Below are positions 13,223-26,235 of a DNA stretch of 64,000 bases, in pieces. Source of the DNA: Nemertoderma westbladi (Eukaryota; Animalia; Xenacoelomorpha); contig JAUCBJ010001715.1 in NCBI GenBank assembly GCA_032718475.1, positions 1-64,000 of the forward strand, written 5' to 3'. The position numbers and the translations under genes were made by a program. The stretch's first letter is position 1, and every line of letters starts with the position of its first letter. Under the pieces are notes generated by a model. That model searched no databases, was not told the DNA's origin, and saw only the letters and a list, made by a program, of their open reading frames with translations.

Positions 13223-14622
13223 GAACATTCTAGAACATAGAATATGAGGTTCATGATAAGCCGTTATACATACGACGCATGTATCCTGAACCCAACTTCA
13301 ATAACATGTTGCGATAAGTCATTATTAAACATGACGCGCAGCCAACCAAAACCCTTTAACTGTATGATGATGGTGATAATACATTTGAATGCGGAATCCA
13401 TATCCTTTATTTCGGTTAAGCCAAACTCTGGGTAAATTCTGGAGACGGCCCGCCACTTCTTGTATAACCCGAGTACAAAGGGAGTAACAAATAAAATTAT
13501 AATAAACCGTAATACGTCATGATAAGTAATTATTAAACATGGCACATGACAATAACAAACCTTGGTCTTACTGTATTATGACGGCCCAATCACACTTGAA
13601 TGCCGAGTCTTAATTAATACTCCCGCTTCTTGTCAATTGCCAGAGTACAGTAAGAGATGTCAATTAGTTGGCTTGAAACTTCAAGAACCAACATAGCTCG
13701 ATATTGATTAATACAAAATCATATCCATATAAATCCGTTTAAGTCACTGTAATAATGAGCATTACGGGAACGGTCGCGGTCCATTTGTGGCTCTCTCTCA
13801 ATGGATGAGTAAACTTAGTTTAAGCCACCAGATCGCGTAAATCTTTATTATGTTATTTATTAATAGCTTAATACCGCCAACCCTTAATTATGACATTAAT
13901 ACTACAATAGTATAAACACCAATACTACACAGACAAATACTACCATTAAATAAACAAATTAACTAATAACCGACAAAGACGTAATAATATCACAGTAAAC
14001 CCAGATCTGTGTGAATGAGCAATACCCTATTCTAACGCTATATTTACCGAATGTTGACCCTCGATAAATTAATAACTAATTTAGAACATTGGGACACTGG
14101 TGCGTCGCTCACGCAACCCTTTTATTAAAGTTCCAGAGTTTATCGTATTTGCTAAATTTAATACCTTTAAATTTAATTAGTGAGTATCCATGGAAACTAA
14201 TATCAACATTCGGGAAATAGTAGATTTGTGATAAACATTCGTGCGTGTTGTGATATTGTGTGCGTTAGTTTGAATAGCAACTATTCTACGTGTGTTTACT
14301 GTAGCGAACCGAAACCCTATTGCTGACTAACTGCAATTGCACTGCGATATTAGATACCCCGACAAATAGCCCTCGGATAAGACCGGCCTCGAGCTTTTCC
14401 TGCGCGTTAGCCGTTGCGTCATCCACCCGTTCATCCACACCTGCTGGATAGGGAATTGACATAGCGGCGCTAACGTGGCCAGGGGCAGCTCGGGTCCATG
14501 TCGGGCTGGGGATAGAGGGCGGCTTACCATTGCCGACCAGTATAAACTCTAATAACAATAATCAACTCTTTGGCTCGCCTTTTGTTGGACTAATAGTATA
14601 TTTGTTTCTCACAATAACAATA

Positions 14623-16386
14623 ATGGATACTTCTAAGGATGATTCAATGGATAATGTCAATACGCAGCGACAACAGCTTTCAGAGGAATATCGTCGAGGT
14701 ATGCGAGAAATGATGGAGGATTTGTTGACACCCGGAGTCCCGCAACAGTATACAGAACCCCTAATGTCCCCGGTAGAGATATCAGTGCGACTGCATTACC
14801 GCGCCTTTATGGACAGGTATACTAATATAGATGGATCTTATACACCGTTTGTCATATCTGAGCATCCGAGCGATCTTATATACTCAGAAGATGTTCATGA
14901 GCGACAAGACATGGAAATGTGGCGTTATGATGTACAGAGACAACGGGAGGATACCGCTCCGATGGATAAGGAAGACAACATCCGAGATACCATGTCGGCG
15001 GACGATGCGGAAACCAGCGTTAACGCGGCTAAATTCGAGGACTTAGTTACGTTCCTTCGAGAAACTCATTATCCCAAAGGTATTCACCCCGACCCGATAG
15101 CACTTTCCCCACCTTGACTGCTTATCAACGCCGTGCGAGACATAAACAATTTGTTAAAGCGGAGGCATGGGAATCGACGCCGCTTTGTTACCGCAACTGG
15201 TGTTAGACATTCTGTTGGATGAACCCGTCTACAAACTCGGTTCAGCCATATATCGGGACTTAATGGATGATTTTCCTATTGTCCACGATATACCATATCC
15301 CTTCGTCGACACTCAAGTTATCCTTCCTTGGGCGCAATCTCGCGGCTTCCTTCCGAGTTATGTATCGACGCAACGCTAACGATACGTATAACCGAGTTGA
15401 TCGTACTTCCTCCAACCATATCGCGTTTCAGGAGTACGGTTGGAACTTCAAGAGACCAATCGCGAGACATATTCTCAAGTTTATGGTAATGCATATGCGC
15501 CCTATTATTTTCAGGGACCACTCACCGCTCCCGGTGCCATGTATAGTTTTATGAGTATCCCCTTGCGCCCCTCATTGGCGATGTACCTCATATTCGAAAT
15601 CCAAGCGTAATCTGGATGGCTTGCGGACGTATGTAGCCGTACGTTGAGAGCGCACCCATTGCTATTAGGAACCCAACTTGCCAAGCTCAATGAATTCGGT
15701 AAATTCTTGAACTTCGAATGCTTTCGACGTTTCCTTACCCGTTTTATTTGCGCCACTGATGTCCAATGTGCTTGGATACCCAGCTACGAACTCCTCAACC
15801 GTGTAGCTTCCTGCACCAACACACGTTTTGTCCGACGTTTTCTTCGAGAAATACATCCAGAACATGTGACGTCTTACGACATAATAAAATCCATTAAAGA
15901 CTCCCCCTTTTATGGTCCCCACTTCCTGGAGAGACATCCCGAGCTGCTTCCACAGCATCGAGCCTTCCAAGAACACGAGAACACGACCATCATGAAGGAC
16001 CAGTCCCGCATGCTGTACCTCCGAGAATTTTCCTCGGCCAACAGTTTCCATTTGGTATTGCTACCCAAACTGTCCCCTCCGGACCAGTGCAAACCGCTGT
16101 GCAGAAGCGCTTAGCTGCTCCCCTGGAACCGGGATTCCGTCGACCGGCTGTCGACTCACGCGCCACGAGACTGGCTGAGTTCCCGTCCTTACCTGGCACC
16201 TCCACAGGAACATATACTGATCGTCCGAGTTCTCCGACGCCTGACACGGTGGATATACATCCAGGTCCCGACAAGACGATTTCGAGCGACGACCTTGCAC
16301 TGCCTGCGCCCCCGATACCCACGAAAAGGAGGAAACGACTCTTTATGCGCACCAGAAGAGCACCCCAAACGAAAGCAATAATATAA
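14623..16386 (+). pseudogene. Unrecognised ORF 'X' copy 2 (diverged, frameshifted)
   Basis: YTEPLMS..FMDRYT..HPSDL..DV..MEMWRY..QRQR matches copy 1 YIEPPMS..FTSRYT..HPIDL..DV..MVLFKY..QRSR. SYELLNRV..TRFVRRFLR..SY..I..I..HPEL and PGTST..YTD are also shared; basic tail KRRKR. Confidence 0.7.
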
Positions 16387-18349
16387 GATTATTATTAGTT
16401 AGTGTGTCGAACTTTATAAAATCCCTGTACCTGTTCGCAAACTATCATATTTGTAAATAATGAACAATATGTATTTCTTATAGCGACCTAAGAGAGATAA
16501 TATGACTCATATTACTTATTTACATACCCAAGGGTATCTGTAAATACATCAAACTCTAGTATTATTTAGAAGACTGTTAAATACTTACTTAGTTTCATCG
16601 GAAGTGACCTAATGAACTTTATTGTTTATATGAGAAAGTTGACCTACCTAATTAACTTCGTTTAATTTAGTCAGATTGTTTATCATATTTAATTGTATGT
16701 AGTGAGTATTTGATATCAACATGATTTAATTGTTGAAAGTTTGTATATACCTCTTTCGTGTTATGAACTTGTACATGATTTTAGGGAACGGTTTTGCTGC
16801 CAATGCTAACTGTATGCAGAAATCTTATATTTTGTTCAGATTATCATTCAATTGCAGTGCATATAATATTTGTACTTCACGTGTATTGAATAGCCCATAA
16901 GGTTGTTTATATGTTGCCTAACAACAGTTGTGGTATTACTGAATTCTCATTGGTAACTACCAAAGCCGGTATTCTTGCGTCTTATTGGCTGTTCTATTTC
17001 ACTGAGCATTGTTTGTATCCATATGTAATCAGTGCCCACCTTGACACTATAGGCTTAACCTGATACCATCTTCAGGTACTTTACATCAATTTTATAGCCT
17101 AGCAAGTCACGTTAGTTACAACGGCTTGCAATATTTTACCTAATCACTTGTACGTAACAACTTATCATTTGCAATTTATAACTTATGTTTGCATTTACTA
17201 TTATTGCATTACTTGTTGATGAATATATTGGACCAGAGATCAGACCAACTCGATTTCCACACGGTGAGTGCATATTGCGCCCTGTCAGTAATAGATTCGG
17301 TTCACTTAATGATAATGTGTGTGTCCCTAGTACTGCAATATTATTCCCGACTATGCAAGTGATTCGAGTAAATTGTGCGCTTATCACGCACTAGCCAACT
17401 TAGTGTCCTACCTGTGATATATGTAAGTCATACGTACATTTACTAGCCAACAACACAATATAACGGAGCAGTTTACACGTAACTATCGAACCCATTTGAA
17501 GCAGTTTGTAAGTGCAGAGGCTTTTATACTTACAGTGACTAATTCTAGATCTCGTTAAGATATATATATTAGATAATATATATATACCCCCACCCACACT
17601 TTCGTGAGTGTTCCTGCTGTGTGGCAGGTATGCCAAGGCATTGATAGCACTCATAAGAACTACATAAAGACTTGCTAGGCCTCTTCAGGTTAGCCTGCCA
17701 TAAACGCCTTCACACTATTTTCGGTGGGTAATGCATGGAATTGAATCCGCTTACAACATTTTCCCCCAAAACAAATACATTTTTGCCCAAAAAATACATA
17801 TTCCCCCAAAATAAATATTACTGCAGCTTTTGTACTTTTGATTGCGTCCAAACCCCCCCCCCCCCACCCCCCCCTATCTGAAAACTTCAGTACTGCTGTA
17901 ATACTGAAACCTAATAGTAAGTAAGGCCATAGGCAATATCGGGAAATCGGCCTATCGGTACGAATACTGAAACTGAAGTAGGCCTGGGTAGGTATATCGG
18001 TACGAAACCTAATATCAGAATACGTTGTTCTGAAGGCAATAGGCCTATCGGTACGAATAACCAGCACTTTTCAGTTACAACACAAAATTTTTAATTCACT
18101 TATACGATGCTATAAATTCATATTTTCAGGTTTTCTAGGGCGCTGATTCTAATAGAATACATTTATAATATGCCAGATCATTGCTAATTGTATTTTTCGG
18201 CGTAATTTGGCAAATTTGGGTGCTAGCACCAAATTTCGAAACCATCACCAAAAAGTACAAGTTTTAAAACTCTTATGAGATTTTTACTGATTCCATTGAA
18301 TTTAGAACCCCCACAAACCCGTATAACGCAAGAAACAAGGTGACACAAT

Positions 18350-20038
18350 CAGTTATATGTTACTGCAGTAACTAATCTATACCTATAAAAATCAAATTCT
18401 CTCTCTCTCTCTGTGTTCGAACTCCTCCAAAACGGGCGGAGGGATTGCGCTGGGACTTGGCATGTGTGTATAACTTTAACCAGCGGTCGTTATAGGCCAC
18501 TTTTCGAAAAGTTTAATTCACGATCGGTACCGGTACTGGGTACCGGTACGTCAGTAGGCCTATACCGGTACCGGTACGCCAGTAGTATTTAATACAGCAG
18601 TAATTTTTGTAGGTATTTTTATTGTTTCATAAAGGATTTTATTAATTTATATTTGGACTCTTTAGAGACGCCATAATTGCGGGCTATCGGAATGTGTTGG
18701 TATATCTATATTAATGTATAGTGCTAAAACTGTACTGTTTAAATTTGTTTAGCCCACGTGAACGCCGAATACCTTTACCAATGCATTTCAATGGTCAACC
18801 AGCCATACTTTGCCGCACTGTAAATTTTGTTATACAAAGTAAAGGATAACGATAGGAGGCAGGAATAAAGATAAATGATTCAAGCGCACTAATTGGCTGT
18901 TCCCATAGATGTTTTAGGCATTGTTGGTGCGCAATGCATATGGTCAGAGCGACCGCCCAGTCTGCCAAAATCTATTATGTAATCAAATGGTACCACAAAC
19001 CAAGCAAAGCATGTGACAGTTCTTTCCGGCTCTGTTTGTTGTTTGAAGGTCGCCGACCGTGGGGCGCTACTTGCTAGCTGTGATTGATAGTTTAAACTGG
19101 GTGCCGCTTTGCCAGAAGGCGGTACACATCAATTGAATATGAGGCAAACATTTAAAATATGCTCAAATATAAACGCCAGCGGCAGGGGATATTTTAATAT
19201 CTCTATTAAGCTAAAACAACACAAGATTGTAGCCGTTCTATTGTACTTGAAAGTCGAAAGCCTTTCTTAGTTTTTAAGAAGGAATTATCGCGCTCTCGTC
19301 AACATAGTTATCCTATTAATTAAACAGTTAAGGTAGTACGGTTTGACCTGAGGTGACTAATGAAATGAATAACAAAAATGTTATTACAAGCTTTCTCCCA
19401 ACAGGGCTTCTTTAGGTCATTATAATGAAACTGCGTATACACAGAGATACTACAGAGCAGTTTCTCTTATATTAATTATTGTTAATCTGTTATTGTATTA
19501 TGTTATTAAAATAATCAATCTTGTCAAGCATTAATCTTGTTTCCCTAATTATGTTTGATGTATTATTTGAATGAATGTTTTTTAGAAAGACTTTAGGGTG
19601 CCGTAAATTCAATTTGTACTTGCGACCGAAAACCCATCCCGTAATGACCTCAGGAACCTCAATTTGATAAATTAATGGGAATATAGCTTCTATGCAACAA
19701 CTGGCCAGCACACAAGTATCACTTTGTTGCCCGCATAATATTGTTCCCCGAGAATGCCTCTGCCTCTCAGTTAACTTACCAGGAGCTGTCAATCAGGAAT
19801 ACCTCGGAGTTTATTTTCTCAACGAATTAAAAGTGCCGCAAACTACCTCAAAGTGACATTTCTCAAAGAATTCAAAGAATTCAAAGTGCCTAAAAGCAGG
19901 AAATCACTTTGAGATTCCCAACTAAAAGTGTCTACAAGAATTCAAAGCGGCCGTTGGGAGTAATGTAATGACTTTTAGACACTTTTAGAAAAACTTTGAG
20001 AAAATCTCAAAGAACAGATGCACTTTGAGACCCCGACT
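18350..20038 (-). mobile_element. Partial copy of the pogo-like non-autonomous DNA transposon (same family as 49733-51719)
   Basis: Near-identical in reverse complement to ~49733-51185; TIR ...CACTTTGAGACCCCGACT at its right end. Confidence 0.85.
18376..18585 (+). mobile_element. Non-autonomous Helitron copy with 5' TC intact and 3' terminator deleted
   Basis: Inserted at A|T: the empty site ACTAA|TATTTAATAC is seen in reverse in the 51.16-kb copy. Begins TCTATACC. Confidence 0.7.
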
Positions 20039-20664
20039 ACGTTGATTGTAACGTAAGTTGTACTTAGCGTAAGTTCCAAAATTTTCGCGTGAATGAATGC
20101 GCATACCAGTCCAGTATCCACCCCCTGCTGTTTTGTACACTGTACTATCATAATACACTGACACACCAATCTTCCGAATAACTTTATAGATGTTTGTAGG
20201 ATTGAGCAAGTTTGAATTTACCTCTCTTTTATAAAGGCTCTAGTGTTCGATTCATTCCTTGATTGCCTACACAAAAATTCAACTACGCGAAACTGCATTC
20301 CATCGCTACGGCTAAACTACGCGTAGGCTACACCTACGCGGAAAATTCAAACCAGAACGTTCGGTCAAAAATGAGACAATATGTCTGTCGGTTCCGGTGT
20401 TTCCGACTTTTTATAAAACCGATATAAGTCAGTAAATCATTGATGAAATTAAACCAAACTTTGTATGTATGTAGTCGCGTGCTGCGCGAAGTCTCAGCGA
20501 ACGTGTTTAATTCTTTGTCGAAGTTGTGACCTGAAGGCGATTAGAATGAATGCTGGAATGGCCCCTGGCAGTCTGGTCTGGGCTAGCTGTTATACAGGTT
20601 ATACTGTTATACCCTGACTGTCCACAGTCCATACCCACAGAAGAACAGTCTAACTGACAGTCCT

Positions 20665-20922
20665 TTATAAAAATCAAATTCTCTCTCTCTCTCTGTGTTC
20701 GAACTCCTCCAAAACGGGCGGAGGGATTGCGCTGGGACTTGGCATGTGTGTATAACTTTAACCAGCGGTCGTTATAGGCCACTTTTCGAAAAGTTTAATT
20801 CACGATCGGTACCGGTACTGGGTACCGGTACGTCAGTAGGCCTATACCGGTACCAGTACGCCAGTAGGCCTATGCCAGTAGCGGGAAATACCGGGTAACA
20901 TGCCTCGGGTATTGCCTGCTAG
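20665..20922 (+). mobile_element. Non-autonomous Helitron copy with 3' hairpin and CTAG end
   Basis: Hairpin GCGGGAAATACC...GGTATTGCCTGC, then CTAG|T at 20919-20923. Confidence 0.75.
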
Positions 20923-21390
20923 TATTTAATACAGCAGTATTTTTTGTAGGTATTTTTATTGTTTCATAAAGGATTTTATTAATTTATATTTGGACTCTTT
21001 AGAGACGCCATAATTGCGGGCTATCGGAATGTGTTGGTATATCTATATTAATGTATAGTGCTAAAACTGTACTGTTTAAATTTGTTTAGCCCACGTGAAC
21101 GCCGAATACCTTTACCAATGCATTTCAATGGTCAACCAGCCATACTTTGCCGCACTGTAAATTTTGTTATACAAAGTAAAGGATAACGATAGAGGCAGGA
21201 ATAAAGATAAATGATTCAAGCGCACTAATTGGCTGTTCCCATAGATGTTTTAGGCATTTTTGGTGCGCAATGCATATGGTCAGAGCGACCGCCCAGTCTG
21301 CCAAAATCTATTATGTAATCAAATGGTACCACAAACCAAGCAAAGCATGTGACAGTTCTTTCCGGCTCTGCACCTGTTTGTTTGAAGGTC

Positions 21391-24300
21391 TACTACTACT
21401 ACTACTAGGATCGGCATGCTGCATTGCAGCTGCATTTTTAAGAATGCTGTGCCGGCTTGTCAACAAAATTGCACCGCCACAACTCCCTATCACCCATGAC
21501 ATTTGCTAGATCATCCGCATCTTTAAGGCCAGTGTCCTTTAAGATGCGTCTCAAGAAAGTCATGGGCTGTCCACCATGCTTATTCACTCCATGAGGCTGC
21601 CAAGTACAAGATTATGCACTGGCTGGTCCTCACGGCGAAAGCAATGTCCTGCAAAGCGGAGGCGATTTTGTTCTAGTGTCAAGCTTGGGGGAACCAATGA
21701 GACACCTCCAATGTTATATAGTGTCTGGTTGGAGATGTGTGCATTGTACTTGACACAATGAACCCGGCGTAGCATTCTTGTGAATGTGCCATCCAGAGAT
21801 TTGGTGTCCTCAGCAGTTAGAGCCCAGCATGGACTCCCGTAGAGGAGTACTGGAACTACTGCTGCTCTAAATAATCAGACCTTAAGTTTCCGATTAATTC
21901 TCGGTGACTTCCAAATCCTGGAAAGCCTATTCAAGGCTGCCCATGCCTTTCCCTTACGTATTCGAAGGTCCTCACCTGACTTCCGGATCCAAGATCCCAG
22001 GTAACAGAAGTCGTCCACATGCTCAAGCATACCATCCTTTGAGCTTATGCTCATCCGATCAGAGACTTGCTGAGGACTTTCAAAGTTAACTGTCAGAATT
22101 TTGGTCTTTCTGGAGTTAATAAAAAGACCAACACTAGAAGCAGCATGTTCTAATAAGCTGAGGAGCCATTGGGCTCCCTCTAATGATTCTGAGAGTACTC
22201 CTAAGTCATCAGCAAAGTCTAGATCAGTTAGGTACTTGGCAGGATTTCCTCGACTTCTGGAGCCAGTAGGTGGAGTTATCATCACCCCATCATCATTATG
22301 ATGATCTAAGGACATGCGTAGAACATAGTCAACCACAATAATGAACAAGAATGGTGCAAGTGTGTCTCCTTGGAGGACGCCCCATAACACTTCAAATGGT
22401 TCTGCGTCACCGTCAACAGTAGACACAAATGTTGTCGAACAATCGTATACTGATCTGATTGCTGCAATAATTTCATCAGGAATCCCATATAATGAAAGTA
22501 TGCTGAACATACGTGAGCGAGAGACTGAATCAAAGGCCTTGAAGAAGTCAACAAAGATAACAGCCAGATGCCTGTCTTTCTTTTTTGATAATTCTTCAAT
22601 TATCCTTCTAAGTGCCAAAATGGGCTCCATGGTTCCACGACCTTTGCGGAACCCATTCTGATTTCCACGGAGCAGTCTCTCAATGGGATCCCTGATGCGA
22701 TTTAATAGGATCCTATTGTATAGCTTTGCAGCAATCGAGATCAATGAGATTCCCCGAAAAGAACCATGGAGTGTTAGGTTGCCCTTCTTGGGAACTGGCA
22801 CCAACTTATTTGTTTTCATTTCTTGTGGGACTCTTGTTGTTTGGTACATGTCTACTATGATGGGATAGATGAGCTTTAAACACTCAGGTATTTTAAAGAC
22901 CTCAGGGGGAACACCATCTACTCCACTGGCACGATTGGTCTTAATGCTCTTTGCAGCAGCCTTCACTTCTGCAAAGGAGATATCGCCAATGGGAATATCT
23001 GGGAGTACAGACTCAGACACTTTTACTTCTATAAAGTTATCAGGCAATACCCTGTCATTATTGAGGAGCTTTTCAAAGTGGGCTTTCCAACCATTGAGGC
23101 GATCGGCTGGTGATTCAGCCTTAACCTTGGTGGTTGGTTGGCTTTTCCGCCCAGTAAGCAGATTGATCGATTTCCATGCCTGGGATGATTGCCTGCTGTC
23201 GTCAGCATCATTGATGGCATCAACCTGTTGGTTTATTAGCTCCTGTAGATTAACAGAGTACTGCCTGTTTAGGGACCTAGATGCAGCCTTAACTGCATTC
23301 TTGGCCGCTGTAGTCTGTTTGAGTCGGGACTCTTTCTGCGCCTTATGAAGGTCATTTCGGCACTTCTGAATTTTGTTGTCAGTCCAGGGGGCCCTTTTCC
23401 TGTTTCGGGGGTATACAGGAACTGTTTCTGCAGCTGCTAACTTAACTGCTTCTGTAAAGGCAGTATAGCCCTCACAGTGATCTGCCGCCTCAGAGGCAAG
23501 AGCATCATACCTGTTGCTCAGCTGTAGTGTAAAGCTGGATCTCACACTTGGCTGTTGCAACAGAGAGGACCAGTCATGCCGCGGCAAGGCAGATTTCGTT
23601 GTTCTGCTAGCACGCAGACTAAGTCTTACCTTGGCCACAATAAGGCGGTGATCACTGGAGAAGGGTCGAAGTGTAAATGCATTACAGTCTTGTATAGAGC
23701 TCCTGTATTTCCTACGAAACAGAATATGGTCTATCTGGGACTTGTGACCACTGGGTCCACTATGAGTCCATAGCTTTCCAGTTCGCTTCTTGAACTGGGT
23801 TCCAGCCGAAATCAATCCATTTCCAGAGATAAAATCCTGAAGATGGACAGAATTTCGGTTAACACTATTGCTATAGACCCAGGGCGATGTAGGTGATTGA
23901 TGCAGACTTGCATTAAAGTCTCCCAGGAATGTTAAGAATGCATGCTGATCCACTCCATCAGTAGCTGCTTGTAGATTGTGGTAGAAGTTTTCCACCTCCT
24001 CTACAGGAGCAACACTAGTTGGATAGTAGCACACAATCAGAACCACCTTAGGAAACTTCTTAGCCAGTCTTCCAGAACATGAGAAGTGGCAACGGATGAT
24101 GCGGTTAGAGATTTGGTCTATTTTGTACAATGCTGCATGTGCAGTTGGATTCATCAATAGACCAATTCCACCATTGCCAGTATCATCTGCTGACGCGAGG
24201 GCAAGTAGCCAACAGCCCCCCATGTCCTTAATCAGAACCTCATCAGTCTGTCCAGTCTGCATTCGGTGCTCTTGAACACCCACTGCGCTAAGAGAAAGCT

Positions 24301-25152
24301 TATCTGCCAAGGCAGTCAGCTCACCTTGTCGCATTGGGGGCCCGAGTGTTAGGGTGTTTACTGAGGCTAGTCTAGTGACTTGCCTCAGATTCACCAATGG
24401 CTTTGTTGGTCGGGGTGGAACATGAGAGTAGCCTCCAACTCCAGAATCCCTCTCCCCATCACAATCTGGCCTCCCTGGTGACCCAGGGTTTGGGCCAGAA
24501 AGGTCATCAGGAAAGGGACTCAAAGAATTGTTGGCTGCTCTCTCTCCAGTAGGGGGTGAGACAGGCAGCCGGTCAGGAGTTAACTGACGCCTGTGAGGCC
24601 GATTGTGTCCGGTAATTCCACTGGCCTCTAGTGGCCGGACCTCCGCATTGCTAATGTAATCCATAGTGGGGGTTGTGGGGTGCTTTTTTGCCGAGTCAGC
24701 ACTCGGGGCAAATACCACACCCTGGTTTGCCATTCCACGGGGTGGGTGTCGCAATGGAGTCAGATATGAGGCCCATCACCCATATCTACTCTGGCGCACA
24801 TGACCCACCATTGGCTGTTGCAGCTTATCTGCTGGGTCATGCCCTGTACCCTTGCTGCCAGGTGCAGGTCGCAGTGAAGTGCTCTCAGAGTCGACATGAG
24901 AACACTCTACTCCTGACCAGCCATTGGTAGATCACCATCTGCCTGGTCAGGCCATATACCCCTGCAGCCAAGTATATGGGTCCTTAATCCAGGACCAAGG
25001 ACGTCCTTATCCCAGAACGAAGGGGTTCCTAGTTACAGGACCAGATTTGCCCTAGTAAGAGGGTCTATGCAGCTACAGGTAGCACCTCCTTTATGCTGCA
25101 TGGAGGTGGCAAGTTTTCTTGATCAATGACCTAGAATACCTGACCTGACCTG
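21391..25152 (-). mobile_element. Full-length RTE-clade LINE (single EN-RT ORF 21875-24754; premature stop near the C-terminus)
   Basis: EN motifs VGVQEHR, GDFNA, QIDHI, SDHR; RT FRGISL, QNGFR, GVLQGDTLAP, FADD; RTE-type RLRFAGHC. 3' (TAG)n tail; 11-bp TSD GTTTGAAGGTC at 21380-21390 and 25153-25163. The TGA at 21875 is CGA in the 54-kb copy. Confidence 0.96.
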
Positions 25153-26235
25153 GTTTGAAGGTCGCTGACCGTGGGGTGCTACTTGCTAGCTGTGATTGAT
25201 AGTTTAAACTGGGTGCCGCTTTGCCAGAAGGCGGTACACATCAATTGAATATGAGTCAAACATTTAAAATATGCTCAAATATAAACGCCAGCGGCAGGGG
25301 CTATTTTAATATCTCTATTAAGCTAAAACAACACAAGATTGTAGCCGTTCTATTGTACTTGAAAGTCGAAAGCCTTTCTTAGTTTTTAAGAAGGAATTAT
25401 CGCGCTCTCGTCAACATAGTTATCCTATTAATTAAACAGTTAAGGTAGTACGGTTTGACCTGAGGTGACTAATAAAATGAATAACAAAAATGTTATTACA
25501 AGCTTTCTCCCAACAGGGCTTCTTTAGGTCATTATAATGAAACTGCGTATACACAGAGATACTACAGTGCAGTTTCTCTTATATTAATTGTTAATCTGAT
25601 ATTGTATTATGTTATTAAAATAATCAATCTTGTCAAGCATTAATCTTGTTTCCCTAATTATGTTTGATGTATTATTTGAATGAATGTTTTTTAGAAAGAC
25701 TTTAGGGTGCCGTAAATTCAATTTGTACTTGCGACCGAAAACCCATCCCGTAATGACCTCAGGAACCTCAATTTGATAAATTAATGGGAATATAGCTTCT
25801 ATGCAACAACTGGCCAGCACACAAGTATCACTTTGTTGCCCGCATAATATTGTTCCCCGAGAATGCCTCTGCCTCTCAGTTAACTTACCAGGAGCTGTCA
25901 ATCCGGAATACCTCGGAGTTTATTTTCTCAACGAATTAAAAGTGCCGCAAACTACCTCAAAGTGACATTTCTCAAAGAATTCAAAGTGCCTAAAAGCAGG
26001 AAATCACTTTGAGATTCCCAACTAAAAGTGTCTACAAGAATTCAAAGCGGCTGTTGGGAGTAATGTAATGACTTTTAGACACTTTTAGAAAAACTTTGAG
26101 AAAATCTCAAAGAACACATTCACTTTGAGACCCCGACTACATTGATTGTAACGTAAGTTGTACTTAGCGTAAGTTCCAAAATTTTCGCGTGAATGAATGC
26201 GCATACCAGTCCAGTATCCACCCCCTGCTGTTTTG

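Noticed and set aside
13264-13545. 93-aa minus-strand hydrophobic ORF in the cassette
   Set aside because: No recognisable motif, non-ATG start and no second copy in the window to test conservation.
19490-19792. The thrice-repeated ORF MTAPGKLTER... (also 25584 and 49971) as a host gene family
   Set aside because: It lies within copies of one pogo-like transposon and is a decayed transposase remnant.
21904-23773. Multiple + strand ORFs opposite the RTE ORF (similarly opposite DnaJ, LINE ORF1 and PRDM9)
   Set aside because: Antisense shadows of real coding frames, with no independent motifs.
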